In this document: positions 29,554 to 39,230 of the stretch, in pieces
Position numbering within the stretch: position 1 is the first letter of the stretch
How the letters are laid out: each line of letters opens with the position of its first letter
Origin: Candidatus Bathyarchaeota archaeon
GTDB taxonomy: Archaea; Thermoproteota; Bathyarchaeia; 40CM-2-53-6
Length of the DNA stretch: 64,000 bases
Direction of reading: 5' to 3'
Assembly (NCBI GenBank): GCA_963726255.1
Contig: CAVSBL010000002.1
Location: forward strand, 800,001-864,000
Notes under the pieces: generated by a model
Databases searched by the model: none
The model's input: only the letters and a program-made list of their open reading frames with translations
What the model was told of the DNA's origin: nothing
Position numbers and translations under genes: made by a program

Positions 29554-29658
29554 CTACTCTTTGTGTCGGTAGGCTGCAGGGTTCACGGTGGAACCGCACC
29601 AGTTACAGGCATCCTGGTCGGTCAGAAACCCGCAATTGTCGCAGACTTGGAGGCTCAT
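29554..29658 (-). CDS. Very small CxxC-CxxC zinc-ribbon peptide (34 aa)
   Basis: Manually translated MSLQVCDNCGFLTDQDACNWCGSTVNPAAYRHKE. Confidence 0.5.
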   Translation of the reverse strand: MSLQVCDNCGFLTDQDACNWCGSTVNPAAYRHKE

Positions 29659-29848
29659 GAGAAAGATATTTTCTTTCCAGCTCGCATTTAAGACTTTTGC
29701 CCGCCGAAACCATTCGGGATCCTTTGCGAAAAAAAGGGCCTCCTTTTCAGGGAGCGCACAATTTCATGCGCATGATATGGACATCGCTTTCTCCACACCG
29801 GTTACACCTGACTTCAGTCAAGTTGGCCTGGACCTCGTTTCTCCTTTC

Positions 29849-30661
29849 TTATGCATTTGACTTATCGTTGACGGTTGGGGTGGAGGCTGGGGGCACCGCC
29901 TTTTGGGCGAAGGTCATGTAGCCCGTATGGCCTACCATGATTGTCGCAGGCCTAGTCTTGCCTACATCCGCCCTTATCTCGCGTATGAAACACTCCACGG
30001 TCTGAATATTCACGAAATCACCTTGCCTGAAGGCTACAGTTGTCTTCTCGACTTGGTTGACCGTCGGGCTGAAGGATACGACCGGTGCGCCTCCCGCAAG
30101 AGCCCTGTGGATTAATGGAATCAGTGGCCAAGGGTTTCCCACGTCCATTATGGCTGCATCGAAGTCTGACCCTTCGATCCCTGCGGCAGCATCTGCATTA
30201 TGGATTGTAACGTACTCTCGCACAGCGGCCCGCCTGAGATTCCGTTCAGCCATCTCTGCGAATTCAGCCCTCACCTCATAGGTGTGTACATGGCCTCCAG
30301 GTTTGACTGCCAGCGCCGCGGCAAGTGTCATGGCACCGCTACCCGTTCCAATTTCTAGAACCTTCAAGCCGGACGAGAGCGCCAGCTTGAGAATAACTAG
30401 GCCGATGTCCTTCGGATACATTATCTGGGTTTTCCTTACACTGTGCATTATCAAATCGTGGGTCGTGGGCCTCAGGGCCCAGAAGGTATTCCCGAGTGAA
30501 CTCTTCACTTCGCTTCCATATGGCTGCCCGATGAGGTCGGCAAGGGCGATGAACCCCTTATGCGTGTGGAATTGCCGGGCTTTTTCAATTCGTATGAGCC
30601 ATTGACGCCTTACGTCAAAGTGGAGAAGCACCAATGAGCCTTCTGTAATCATGTTGTCCAA
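29849..30661 (-). CDS. trmI: tRNA (adenine-N1)-methyltransferase
   Basis: FHTHKG, RKTQIMYPKD, EIGTGSG, DVGNPW, FSP..NQV, RP...MVGHTGY. Confidence 0.93.
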   Translation of the reverse strand: MDNMITEGSLVLLHFDVRRQWLIRIEKARQFHTHKGFIALADLIGQPYGSEVKSSLGNTFWALRPTTHDLIMHSVRKTQIMYPKDIGLVILKLALSSGLKVLEIGTGSGAMTLAAALAVKPGGHVHTYEVRAEFAEMAERNLRRAAVREYVTIHNADAAAGIEGSDFDAAIMDVGNPWPLIPLIHRALAGGAPVVSFSPTVNQVEKTTVAFRQGDFVNIQTVECFIREIRADVGKTRPATIMVGHTGYMTFAQKAVPPASTPTVNDKSNA

Positions 30662-30671
30662 CGGCGTGAGA

Positions 30672-31121
30672 TCAACTCCAAGCCATCAATTGCTGAAACT
30701 TATGTGCCAAACGTTTGCCCGGTCGCACGGGAACGAAACCTACGCGAAAAGACGTTGGATCCCCGTCCCAAGTAATGGATACACTAACAAACAATCCACG
30801 GAAGAAGGTGGGAACAGAGCAGAGGACTGTAACTAAGAGCGCGGTCGAGCTCACTACCTGTGCATTTTCAGGCGAGAGGTTGACCAAGAACCAAATTGCG
30901 TTGTATCTCCCCATAACCGCCGCTATTGCGGAGAGTAACGCAATCGTGGCGAATGGAACTATGCTCTTACGTTCAACGACCACTGACCTTATTCTCTCGA
31001 TGGGGAGCTGGTAGGATTTGGAGATGCCCCATTCCTTGCTGACGATGACCATTCGGTCATTGTAGAGTTTGATGGAACCGACCAAGCCGCTGCAGTTGAA
31101 AGGTTCTTCGACTGCGGGCAA
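30672..31121 (-). CDS. Hypothetical membrane protein (PH-like beta domain interrupted by a TM hairpin)
   Basis: Intact ORF in the operon with two hydrophobic helices. Confidence 0.6.
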   Translation of the reverse strand: MPAVEEPFNCSGLVGSIKLYNDRMVIVSKEWGISKSYQLPIERIRSVVVERKSIVPFATIALLSAIAAVMGRYNAIWFLVNLSPENAQVVSSTALLVTVLCSVPTFFRGLFVSVSITWDGDPTSFRVGFVPVRPGKRLAHKFQQLMAWS

Positions 31122-31170
31122 TGGCAGTATCCTCGATGCTCCTGTAAGGCGTAGTCGTTTACTGCACTTG

Positions 31171-31812
31171 CTAGATAAGGTATTGAAGGATTCTGGTTAA
31201 GTCATCGTCCGACACAACAAAATCAGCTTCGCGCCTTGCGATCTCGTCTTTTGGGTTGAAGGCTATTTTCAAGCATTCCGCGTGGGCGAGGTCAAACGCC
31301 CTGTCCCCCACGAGAGCGACCTCCTTTAGAGGAATCTTGAATTTAGCGGCGACTTGCTCAATTACTTCTTTCTTGTTGTTCACCGCGACCTTCACTGCAA
31401 TTCCACCAGTTAACCGCCCATCGTTGGTCTCGAGTTCGTTCGAAAAAGAGGCGTCCGCCCCGAGCTCGGTCGCGACACGATTTGTCAAGAGCGACAGGCC
31501 CGCGCTCACTATCGCGGTCTTGACTCGCAGTCGCTTAAGTTCTTCGAAAACTTCTCTTGCTCCTTGTTGGTATGGTATTCGTTCAAGGATCTTCATGACG
31601 TCGGGCAACGATGCGCCCGCCCAGTATGCTGCATCAGTTTCAGCCCACTCCTTGTACGAGATCTCACGGCGCCTGTACTTGGTAGCAGCGACTCTCGCAC
31701 GGTCCCATGTCCCGAAAGCGTCGTGCAAATACCGCCACAAACTGTCAACCGGCGTCAGGGTGCCGTCTAGGTCGAAGATGACTAGCCGAATATTCCGCTT
31801 CAACCCGTTCAA
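31171..31812 (-). CDS. HAD-IB phosphatase (phosphoserine-phosphatase-like)
   Basis: FDLDGTL, IVSAG, K, VGD..FD motifs. Confidence 0.9.
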   Translation of the reverse strand: MNGLKRNIRLVIFDLDGTLTPVDSLWRYLHDAFGTWDRARVAATKYRRREISYKEWAETDAAYWAGASLPDVMKILERIPYQQGAREVFEELKRLRVKTAIVSAGLSLLTNRVATELGADASFSNELETNDGRLTGGIAVKVAVNNKKEVIEQVAAKFKIPLKEVALVGDRAFDLAHAECLKIAFNPKDEIARREADFVVSDDDLTRILQYLI

Positions 31813-33455
31813 CTGGCCTCATGAAGTATCTTTGAAATCTCAAGGATGACAGGCGCCGGTGTCCAAAAGGAGAATGCCTTCACATACCGCAACGTAGCGG
31901 CCTGCCTCAATTCGGTTGCCTGGCCTTTGAGCAAATATCCTTCCGTGAAAGCTTCAACCATTCGGCTAAGCCCGCGAGTCGGTGAAGTGCTGGCACTGTA
32001 ATGCCCCGCGTAGAACAACAACTCTGCTATGTCCCAGGCAAAGTCTCTTCGCTTACCTGCTTGCTCAAGGTCCACCGTGAAAATGTCGCCATCTGAAGCT
32101 ACAAAGTTCTCCGGCTTGGAATCTCCGACTGACACTCCAACGCTATGTATTCGGGCTAATGTCTCACCAAGACTCTTAGCGATCCGGGACTCCGACTCGG
32201 TCAGTATGGCCTGATTGGCGGCCCGCGTCGCGAAATCACTCAACACAGTACCTGCGACATACTGCTCCACTAAGATTCGCTGCTTCAGGTTTACGTGGAT
32301 TATGAGCGGAACCCTCAACCCTTTCTTGGCTAGGTAACGATTAATTCCGTACTCGTTGGTCATCCTCGTCTTTCCCGAGACCGCGAAGATTTTGCTGCCA
32401 AACGAAACTAGGTTTAAGGTGAACCACTTGAAGCCGTGCCAGTCCGTAAACTTCTTCGCCACGAACTGCTCTTTGCCTACTGTTACGAGGACAACTTCGT
32501 TGAGGACCCCTGCTAACGGAGAGATCGTGATGGGTCGACCGGGTCGCAGCTTTGCGACAATGTCTTCAAACGACGCTGTTTCATTGAAGGTGGCGAGTCC
32601 TTCTGATGTTCGGAGGTATAGGTAGTCTTTCGGGTTCACAGGTTTCCTTCCCGCCAACGCGGGGTCCAATCCTGCTCTCAAGGGGTCACTAAGTTCACGT
32701 GCAAGCAAGTCAAGACTGAGATAGATCGAACGCCCCTTCGTAAGGTAGGAGTAAAACGCCCTCTGGCTTTGACGGAGGATATTGACTGCCTGTTCCGATG
32801 CCCTATCCCTAAGCCATTTGTCGATAGCGCTGTCCTGGAAGGTGACGTATTCGCCTTCAAGCTCAATCACATCGCCCTTCATCTCTAAGATCGCTGCTTT
32901 GAAGGAGCCGTGAAGTATCGAAACGTTCTGTTGGCTAACCGAAGCATCCAACAGGCTCAGATAGTCTGCCATGCTTGGCAGAAAAACACGCGCCCGCTTT
33001 CGCATACGCGAAATTCCGAAGAACTCCGGCTTGGCAACTAAACCGCGACACATTTCCCCGTACTCGACCACCAAGTCTCGAGCCTCTTCTTTGACCACAC
33101 GCGTCTTTGCTTGGAGGTTAACCTTCTCTAGGTAATCGCCATTGACTAATGCATGGTTCGGGTACAGGAATTTCTCGGTTAGAAAATCACCGAGTGTTCC
33201 CTTCGTGATATCTGACTCCAGCAAGCCGCGATCCGCGATTAGAAACCTGATTTCATGCCCATCAATAACCCTCAGATGCGCCCGCAAGCCATTCGCGTAA
33301 CTCTCGCATACCGCCAAAAGGTCTTGGCACTTATACGAGCCGGGTTTCGCATATACTGCGGGGCCGTATTCGCACAGTGCCACCCTCTGAGTTGACGGAG
33401 CTAACTCGTCCAGTACGCCTAGAGCGATTTCCTTTAGCTCCGTAGCAGGGGTCAA
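31809..33455 (-). CDS. Degenerate nucleotidyltransferase-like N-terminal domain fused to a Bud32/LPS-kinase-like domain
   Basis: C-terminal VAKKF, NE, LARIH..G...GDSKPEN, DLEQA, WDIAE. N-terminal LCEYG....DLLAV. Confidence 0.75.
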   Translation of the reverse strand: MTPATELKEIALGVLDELAPSTQRVALCEYGPAVYAKPGSYKCQDLLAVCESYANGLRAHLRVIDGHEIRFLIADRGLLESDITKGTLGDFLTEKFLYPNHALVNGDYLEKVNLQAKTRVVKEEARDLVVEYGEMCRGLVAKPEFFGISRMRKRARVFLPSMADYLSLLDASVSQQNVSILHGSFKAAILEMKGDVIELEGEYVTFQDSAIDKWLRDRASEQAVNILRQSQRAFYSYLTKGRSIYLSLDLLARELSDPLRAGLDPALAGRKPVNPKDYLYLRTSEGLATFNETASFEDIVAKLRPGRPITISPLAGVLNEVVLVTVGKEQFVAKKFTDWHGFKWFTLNLVSFGSKIFAVSGKTRMTNEYGINRYLAKKGLRVPLIIHVNLKQRILVEQYVAGTVLSDFATRAANQAILTESESRIAKSLGETLARIHSVGVSVGDSKPENFVASDGDIFTVDLEQAGKRRDFAWDIAELLFYAGHYSASTSPTRGLSRMVEAFTEGYLLKGQATELRQAATLRYVKAFSFWTPAPVILEISKILHEAS

Positions 33456-33512
33456 TGAATCTCAACCTGAAAATGTCCAAGGGGATGCTATCTTAAACGT
33501 CTTGTAAGTGCT

Positions 33513-34286
33513 CTAAGATAAGTAGACTCTGCAAAAGAGCTCTAAGAGACCAGTTCCATGGAGCCAAACGTCTTTCAACAGCCGCATGATGGGAGTTTTT
33601 TTTCCTTTCTTTTCTGTCCAGTACACTGGAATCTCCTTCACTCTAAACCCCAATCTCTTAGCGAGAACAATCACTTCGGTGTCCCAAAACCATGAGTCAC
33701 TTTTGGCTTCAACTGCCAGTCGTTCGACGAGTTCTCGCGAAAATGACTTGAATCCGCACTGGTGGTCGTGAACTCCCGTCTGGAAAACCATACGCACCCA
33801 CCAGTTATACGCGATAGATGCAGCTTCTCGAAGCCAAGGCCGTGACGTAATCGAATCGGGGATATACCTTGAACCAGTGACCAGGTCAAAGTCTCTTTGT
33901 TGCTCGATCAAGTTCTTGTAGGCGTCGAGCTTCGCGAGGTCTGTCGCCAAATCCACGTCTACGTAGGAATAGATGTCTCCTCGGACTTTCTTCCACGCCT
34001 CCCGCAAGGCCTTTCCTCGACCCAGTCTCCGATCATTTTGGAAGTATGCTACGTTTCCATATTTTTTCTGAAGGCCTACGACTATTTCTGAAGAATTGGA
34101 CCCATCTTCAGCGATCAACAGTGTGAAATCTTTCACAAGTGTTGGGGTGACATCCTCCATAGTCTTGGAAGTCTCCTCGAGGAACTTGGTGTCCTTGTAG
34201 ACAGGAAGCGTGACAATAAGCCGCGAGGGCCGAACCTGCAAGCAGTCTCTGCCTACGCTACCCTGGTATCGAGATGCGGACATCAC
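33513..34286 (-). CDS. GT2 polyprenol-phosphate glycosyltransferase (Alg5/AglD-like)
   Basis: IAEDGS, GRGKAL, DVDL, GSRY, DHQCGFK, WFWDTE, EIPV.W. Confidence 0.9.
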   Translation of the reverse strand: MMSASRYQGSVGRDCLQVRPSRLIVTLPVYKDTKFLEETSKTMEDVTPTLVKDFTLLIAEDGSNSSEIVVGLQKKYGNVAYFQNDRRLGRGKALREAWKKVRGDIYSYVDVDLATDLAKLDAYKNLIEQQRDFDLVTGSRYIPDSITSRPWLREAASIAYNWWVRMVFQTGVHDHQCGFKSFSRELVERLAVEAKSDSWFWDTEVIVLAKRLGFRVKEIPVYWTEKKGKKTPIMRLLKDVWLHGTGLLELFCRVYLS

Positions 34287-35236
34287 GCCGAGAGCTCCCT
34301 GGCGGCTTTGCGGACTGCTGATTCGCTGTTCAATTTAGGTTTCCAACCTAGCCTTTGCAGTTTTCCGATTGAGAGATGCATTTGCTTGACGTCTCCAAGC
34401 CATCCCCTTCCGCCGTCAACGCCCCCAGTGAACTTCATCTCTACCGCACGAATCCCCATTTCTTCAGTGACAATCTCAGCGATGCGTTGTACCTTGACCT
34501 GATCGGCCGAACTTAGGTTGTAAACTTCGACTCGTTGGTGCGAGGGGAAGAAGCGATCACTAATGAAAGTCGTCGCGTCAACGAAATCGTCAACATGTAT
34601 GTAGGACTTCTCTTGGCTCCCATCGCCTAGAATTTCTAGCGTACTCGAATCCACCTTCAATTTCCTTATGAAATCCACTACGACCCCGTGCCGTGCCCGT
34701 GAACCCACGCAGTTGCCAAGGCGCAAGATCAGAGCCCGCATGCCATGCGTGTATGCGTAGGAGCTGAGTAGGACTTCGCAGCCGAGTTTTGAAGCGCCGT
34801 ATGTGGATATGGGCAAGAGCGGGCCGTAGTCCTCTGGGGTGGGTAGCACTGATGCTTCACCATATACGGTGGACGTGGAAGCGAATACGAGATTCTTTGT
34901 TCCTTTGCTCTTGCGCATAGCCTCGAGTAACCTGAAGGTAGCGAAGAGGTTGTCTTGGAAATGGAGGGATGGCTCAGTTTCGCCGACGTTTACTTCGGGG
35001 TTGGCTGCGAAATGGTAGACCAGCTTTACCCCGTCGAAAACTTCGTCCCATCCCTCAAAGTCCTTCAAGTCTGCCTCCACGAAGCTGAATCCGGGTTTGG
35101 TGGAGGCAAGGCGAAGGTTATCCTTGCTGCCGCTGCTGAGGTTATCCAAAACGGCCACCTCATCGCCCCGCGTCGTCAGAGCGTCGACGAGATGGCTTCC
35201 GATGAACCCAGCCCCGCCCGTAACAATAACTTTCAT
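34283..35236 (-). CDS. NAD-dependent sugar epimerase (GalE-like extended SDR)
   Basis: VTGGAGFIGSH, STSTVYG, YGASK, GW.GDV. Start ATG 35236. Confidence 0.92.
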   Translation of the reverse strand: MKVIVTGGAGFIGSHLVDALTTRGDEVAVLDNLSSGSKDNLRLASTKPGFSFVEADLKDFEGWDEVFDGVKLVYHFAANPEVNVGETEPSLHFQDNLFATFRLLEAMRKSKGTKNLVFASTSTVYGEASVLPTPEDYGPLLPISTYGASKLGCEVLLSSYAYTHGMRALILRLGNCVGSRARHGVVVDFIRKLKVDSSTLEILGDGSQEKSYIHVDDFVDATTFISDRFFPSHQRVEVYNLSSADQVKVQRIAEIVTEEMGIRAVEMKFTGGVDGGRGWLGDVKQMHLSIGKLQRLGWKPKLNSESAVRKAARELSA

Positions 35237-35316
35237 GAGTCTACGAGGAGCCCCCGCTAGCCATCTCACTGTTGGAACTTAATCGATAAAGGTAGAAGGC
35301 AGCCCTAATCACCGTT

Positions 35317-36078
35317 GTGGAGAGAAGATTAATGCAGGTTAGCAGTCGGAACCGATTGGTTTCGGTAGTTCTCTCAACCTACAACGAACGCGATAACCTG
35401 TCGAGGATGGTGCCGGTTATTGAGGGAATTTTGAAGCGGAATAAGATGAGGGGTGAGATCGTTGTGGTCGATGATAATTCTCCTGATGGCACTTCAGATT
35501 TGGTCAAGGAATTCGGGAAGAGGTATGGCAATGTTCAGTTATTGTGGCGCCCTTCGAAGATGGGACCGGGGTCGGCCCACGCTGACGGATATCGATTCGC
35601 CAAGGGCGATATCATAGTCGGGATGGATACTGACTTCTCTCACAGTCCCTACGACATTCCCCGATTCGTTGCTAAGCTCAATGAGGGCTATGATCTAGTC
35701 GTCGGCTCCCGGTACATTCGGGGCGGCCAGTACGAGGTTCGGTCTTTCCAAACTTTGAGGAAGAGTATAGCGAGCAGGCTCGGAAACATTGTCATATTCC
35801 TCTTCTCAGGCGTACCGTTGCACGACTTCACCACGGCATTGCGAGCGATTCGACGCGAAGTGGTGGATAATGTTAGGACTGAATCAAAAGGGAATTCGTT
35901 TTTTATGGAATTCATCATTAAGGCTTACTGGAAAGGATACAGAACCAGCGAGATCCCGATCGTCTTCAGGGACAGGGTGATTGGGCAATCAAAGCTAAGT
36001 TTGGGTAAACAGTCGTTTAAGATGCTCGCAGACCTGTTTAGGCTTAGCTCCAAACCTAAGCTTTCGTCATCGGCTTAA
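35317..36078 (+). CDS. Polyprenol-monophosphomannose synthase-like GT2 (Dpm1/Ppm1-like)
   Basis: TYNERDN, VDDNSPDGT, MDTDFSH, GSRY, D.TT..RA, F.DR..G.SKL. Confidence 0.92.
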   Translation: MERRLMQVSSRNRLVSVVLSTYNERDNLSRMVPVIEGILKRNKMRGEIVVVDDNSPDGTSDLVKEFGKRYGNVQLLWRPSKMGPGSAHADGYRFAKGDIIVGMDTDFSHSPYDIPRFVAKLNEGYDLVVGSRYIRGGQYEVRSFQTLRKSIASRLGNIVIFLFSGVPLHDFTTALRAIRREVVDNVRTESKGNSFFMEFIIKAYWKGYRTSEIPIVFRDRVIGQSKLSLGKQSFKMLADLFRLSSKPKLSSSA

Positions 36079-37357
36079 GCAGGCCGGAAATGAAATCCCC
36101 AACAATATAGCCAAGCTTCCATACTGGCGCGGCGAGTCTGGCCGCCGCGCCCTTGAGTCGTTTCTGCAGTTTCGGATTGAAGCTTACGAAATACGCGCTT
36201 AGGAAGATGAGCTGCCGCAGTGCCGCGGACATGTTGATCAAGCCGAAGGGTGTCAGCTGATCCGTTAAATATCCAGGCCAATTCGGGTGGCCTCCCCCGA
36301 TGAAGTAGAATAGTATGATGAACCCGTTCAGGAGGTCCGCAATCCTGTAGAAGAGAAAGTTGAAATCTGGAGTCAGAATCACGATGGGAAAGAGTTGGAT
36401 AAACATCTGAGGGTCGAACAGGTAGATAGCTCCGTACCACGCGTACCAAGAAAGAAGGATTTTTTCAAGCGGTGTTCGCCGGCTAAGTACCGCCCGTATG
36501 ATTAGGTAAATGATGATCGCGAAGCTCAGGATTTGGCCGTACCTGGCGCCGGAGACAATGTCCCCCAGGCCTGCTGTCACGATTACCCATGAAATCCAGG
36601 TGTTTTGAAGCTGATGGTTCGGGCCTGAGTACCCGATGAAGAGCTTAATCCAGAGACCGAAGTTGAGCAGGGCGAAGGGCGCGTTCGCGACGATCCAAAC
36701 CGCTGCCGCGATAGCGGTGAACCTGAGGCGAGCCCTATTGTTCGGTAGCCCAGCGAGCATGGCAGGCAGCATGATGCCTGGAATGAACTTCGTCAGGACC
36801 GACGCGGTCAGAGCTAGGGAACTTGCGTCATACCTCTTGTCAAGGTAAAGCCAGATCGAAAGGGTGACGAAGTAAGCGACTATGAAGTCCCAGTTGTAGA
36901 ACCCGTAGATTACAAATGTCAATGTCGTGAGCATGTAGAGGTAGATGCGCTTTCGATTCAGCCTAAGCTTTCCGCACAGCATGTAGATGTTGAATAATGT
37001 TCCAATCATGAATGGGTACTGTAGAATGGATTCCACTGCGACGAACGTATTGTATTGGTCTGCCATGATCGGCAAGTAGGTCGATATTGCTTGACCGAGC
37101 AGAATGATGGCGCCAATGACCTGTGGGTATTCGAGCTCGTACTGCAGGTAGGGTATCTGCAGGTTGTGGTGTGCTAGGTAGATGTCTCTGATCCAGAGCC
37201 AGCCCACGTCACTGTAGAGGCTAGGCTGCACAAATGGTAGCTTCATAATGGATGAATACGTCCAGAGCGTAGTGGCAACAAGAAAGATTATCCTGAACTC
37301 GGTGTCGCGGTAGGCGAGTTGCCAGAAGCCTAGGAAGCCGTAACTTGTGCGAGCCAT
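36056..37357 (-). CDS. GT-C glycosyltransferase (GT87/DUF2029-like)
   Basis: YSD, PY...LEYP, NWD, TKFIP, NAPF, ~11 TM helices. Confidence 0.82.
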   Translation of the reverse strand: MARTSYGFLGFWQLAYRDTEFRIIFLVATTLWTYSSIMKLPFVQPSLYSDVGWLWIRDIYLAHHNLQIPYLQYELEYPQVIGAIILLGQAISTYLPIMADQYNTFVAVESILQYPFMIGTLFNIYMLCGKLRLNRKRIYLYMLTTLTFVIYGFYNWDFIVAYFVTLSIWLYLDKRYDASSLALTASVLTKFIPGIMLPAMLAGLPNNRARLRFTAIAAAVWIVANAPFALLNFGLWIKLFIGYSGPNHQLQNTWISWVIVTAGLGDIVSGARYGQILSFAIIIYLIIRAVLSRRTPLEKILLSWYAWYGAIYLFDPQMFIQLFPIVILTPDFNFLFYRIADLLNGFIILFYFIGGGHPNWPGYLTDQLTPFGLINMSAALRQLIFLSAYFVSFNPKLQKRLKGAAARLAAPVWKLGYIVGDFISGLLKPMTKA

Positions 37358-37404
37358 GACGCCCTCTCACACCCAACTGTCATTAGAAACTTTCTAAGAG
37401 CCAC

Positions 37405-38559
37405 CTAATCTTTCGGTTTCGTGAACGGCGGGGTCTTCTGCGGTCTTACTAACTCAGGCACCTTTCTTGGCGGGCGTATACGAGATTGTCGGAGGTCAGC
37501 TTTCGTTCTTTTGACGCCGGGTTTGGTGGGCTGCTTTCGAGCGTACCCGTCCTCTATGTGCAGAACAAGGAGGAGGTAAATGAAAATCCAGCAGATGAAC
37601 AGAACTTCGCCAATGGATTGATGAAAAGCTTCCACGTCGAGGCTGACGTAGGTTACGTAGAGCACTATCGATGTGATGCGTATCACGTTGACGAAATAGG
37701 TTCCTGCGGCTCCTATGAAGGCGTAGACTAGTTTGCGCCATCTTGGTGCCTCCAGTTTGACCATTAGAACTAGTATGACCAGACTGTAGACAATCATGCT
37801 TACCACCCCAGATGAGGGCCAGAATATGGCAAGGGTCATGGGACCCTTGAAGCCCCACAAGTACAAGCGGTTCCCTTGCAGTAGTACGCTAGGTATTGGT
37901 ATTTGCCCGTGAAGTGGGTCTGGGCGAGTATTGTATCCCATGAGGCCTAGTAAGAAGACCACGACATTCCAGATCAAGTAGACCCAGACTTGTAAGAAGG
38001 CGAGGGAATCTTCGGGGAAGAAGGCGTCCATCATATCAAGTAGGCCGCTTCCCACCACGTAGATGACCGGCGTGGCCATTCGGAGAATTGCTTTCGGAGA
38101 GTACAAGATGGCGGTTGTTGCCACGCAGTACACGGCGTACGTGAGGTAATCCATTGCGAGAAGGAAACTGAGTGGCGATTCTTGTGAAACGCCCAACTGG
38201 CTGGTAACGTAAACTCGGAGGTAGTCTGTTAGACCTACGTTGACGACACGTTCCCAGTAGTAAGCAAGAATTAGAATTAAGAACAGAACCGCTAGGATGT
38301 ATCGCCACCTCGCCCGAGTGGCTTTCAACATTTTTCTGGAGTCGTGCCAATCCCAAGCTACGAGGAAGAATAGGAACACGAAACCGGCCCTGCCAACTTG
38401 GCGACCCCAAAACCACACAAGCGAGAAGGACCCCGGGTCGATCGCAATCAGGAAAATTACAGGAAATACAAGTATTAAGAGTGGAATGGCGTCGCGCGTG
38501 CGGAACTCACGATACACATTTACACAGAATTTCTTGAGCCGTCCGCTTAATGTCGGCAT
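37405..38559 (-). CDS. Archaeosortase/exosortase family, Ser-type (thaumarchaeosortase-like)
   Basis: I.WPSSG(V.S) at the usual Cys position, VNVIRI (Arg), FHQSIGE (His), multi-TM. Confidence 0.82.
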   Translation of the reverse strand: MPTLSGRLKKFCVNVYREFRTRDAIPLLILVFPVIFLIAIDPGSFSLVWFWGRQVGRAGFVFLFFLVAWDWHDSRKMLKATRARWRYILAVLFLILILAYYWERVVNVGLTDYLRVYVTSQLGVSQESPLSFLLAMDYLTYAVYCVATTAILYSPKAILRMATPVIYVVGSGLLDMMDAFFPEDSLAFLQVWVYLIWNVVVFLLGLMGYNTRPDPLHGQIPIPSVLLQGNRLYLWGFKGPMTLAIFWPSSGVVSMIVYSLVILVLMVKLEAPRWRKLVYAFIGAAGTYFVNVIRITSIVLYVTYVSLDVEAFHQSIGEVLFICWIFIYLLLVLHIEDGYARKQPTKPGVKRTKADLRQSRIRPPRKVPELVRPQKTPPFTKPKD

Positions 38560-38612
38560 TATCCATCAGTTGTCCTTCAATTCAGCCTCTTCGACACAGC
38601 CTTGGCGGACGG

Positions 38613-39224
38613 TTACTTGCCCAGAAGCGCTTCTATCAGCTCTCTCTCATGTCGAGTTCTGTCGATTCGATGGATGTAGTCAATTAGGAAGATTGACATG
38701 AAAAATATCACGACGACCATTTTCGAGGCGAAGACCACGTTGATTGGGGTTGGGTTCACAGAGACAGGGAACGGGTTCACTATGATATCCGGGTTGGCTA
38801 GGCCCTGCACGGCGAGGGCGGCGGACCAAATAACTATCTGGTAGACAATCTCGAAACCACTCCCCATTGCGACGAGCCATGCCCCTATGTATACTGTCCG
38901 AAGCAAACTTGGCCTTGCTCCGAGGAACCTGCGCCTAGTCTGGGGTGAGTACAGGCCGAAGGCGAAGGAGAGGAATAGGGCGAACGTGAAGAACGTAATG
39001 GGTTTCATGTAGAAACCTGGAAGAACTTGAACTTCAATTAAGACAAGACTCTGCCCGGTTATCTGTCCCGTTGGCGCGAGGGTTGCTCCCAGTATCATCG
39101 CCAGCGCTGCCACGCCGAAAGCGATGGATAGAACTGAAAATGAATTGGCTTTGAGTAGGGTTAGGATTTGGGATTTAGTTGGGGCCGCGGCACCCTTCAG
39201 TTCGTGAGGAGATTTCCTATGCAT
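38613..39224 (-). CDS. Four-TM membrane protein adjacent to the sortase
   Basis: Hydrophobic segments, YMKPIT, FE...W, NPD.IVNPFP, NVVFASK. Confidence 0.7.
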   Translation of the reverse strand: MHRKSPHELKGAAAPTKSQILTLLKANSFSVLSIAFGVAALAMILGATLAPTGQITGQSLVLIEVQVLPGFYMKPITFFTFALFLSFAFGLYSPQTRRRFLGARPSLLRTVYIGAWLVAMGSGFEIVYQIVIWSAALAVQGLANPDIIVNPFPVSVNPTPINVVFASKMVVVIFFMSIFLIDYIHRIDRTRHERELIEALLGK

Positions 39225-39230
39225 TACCGT

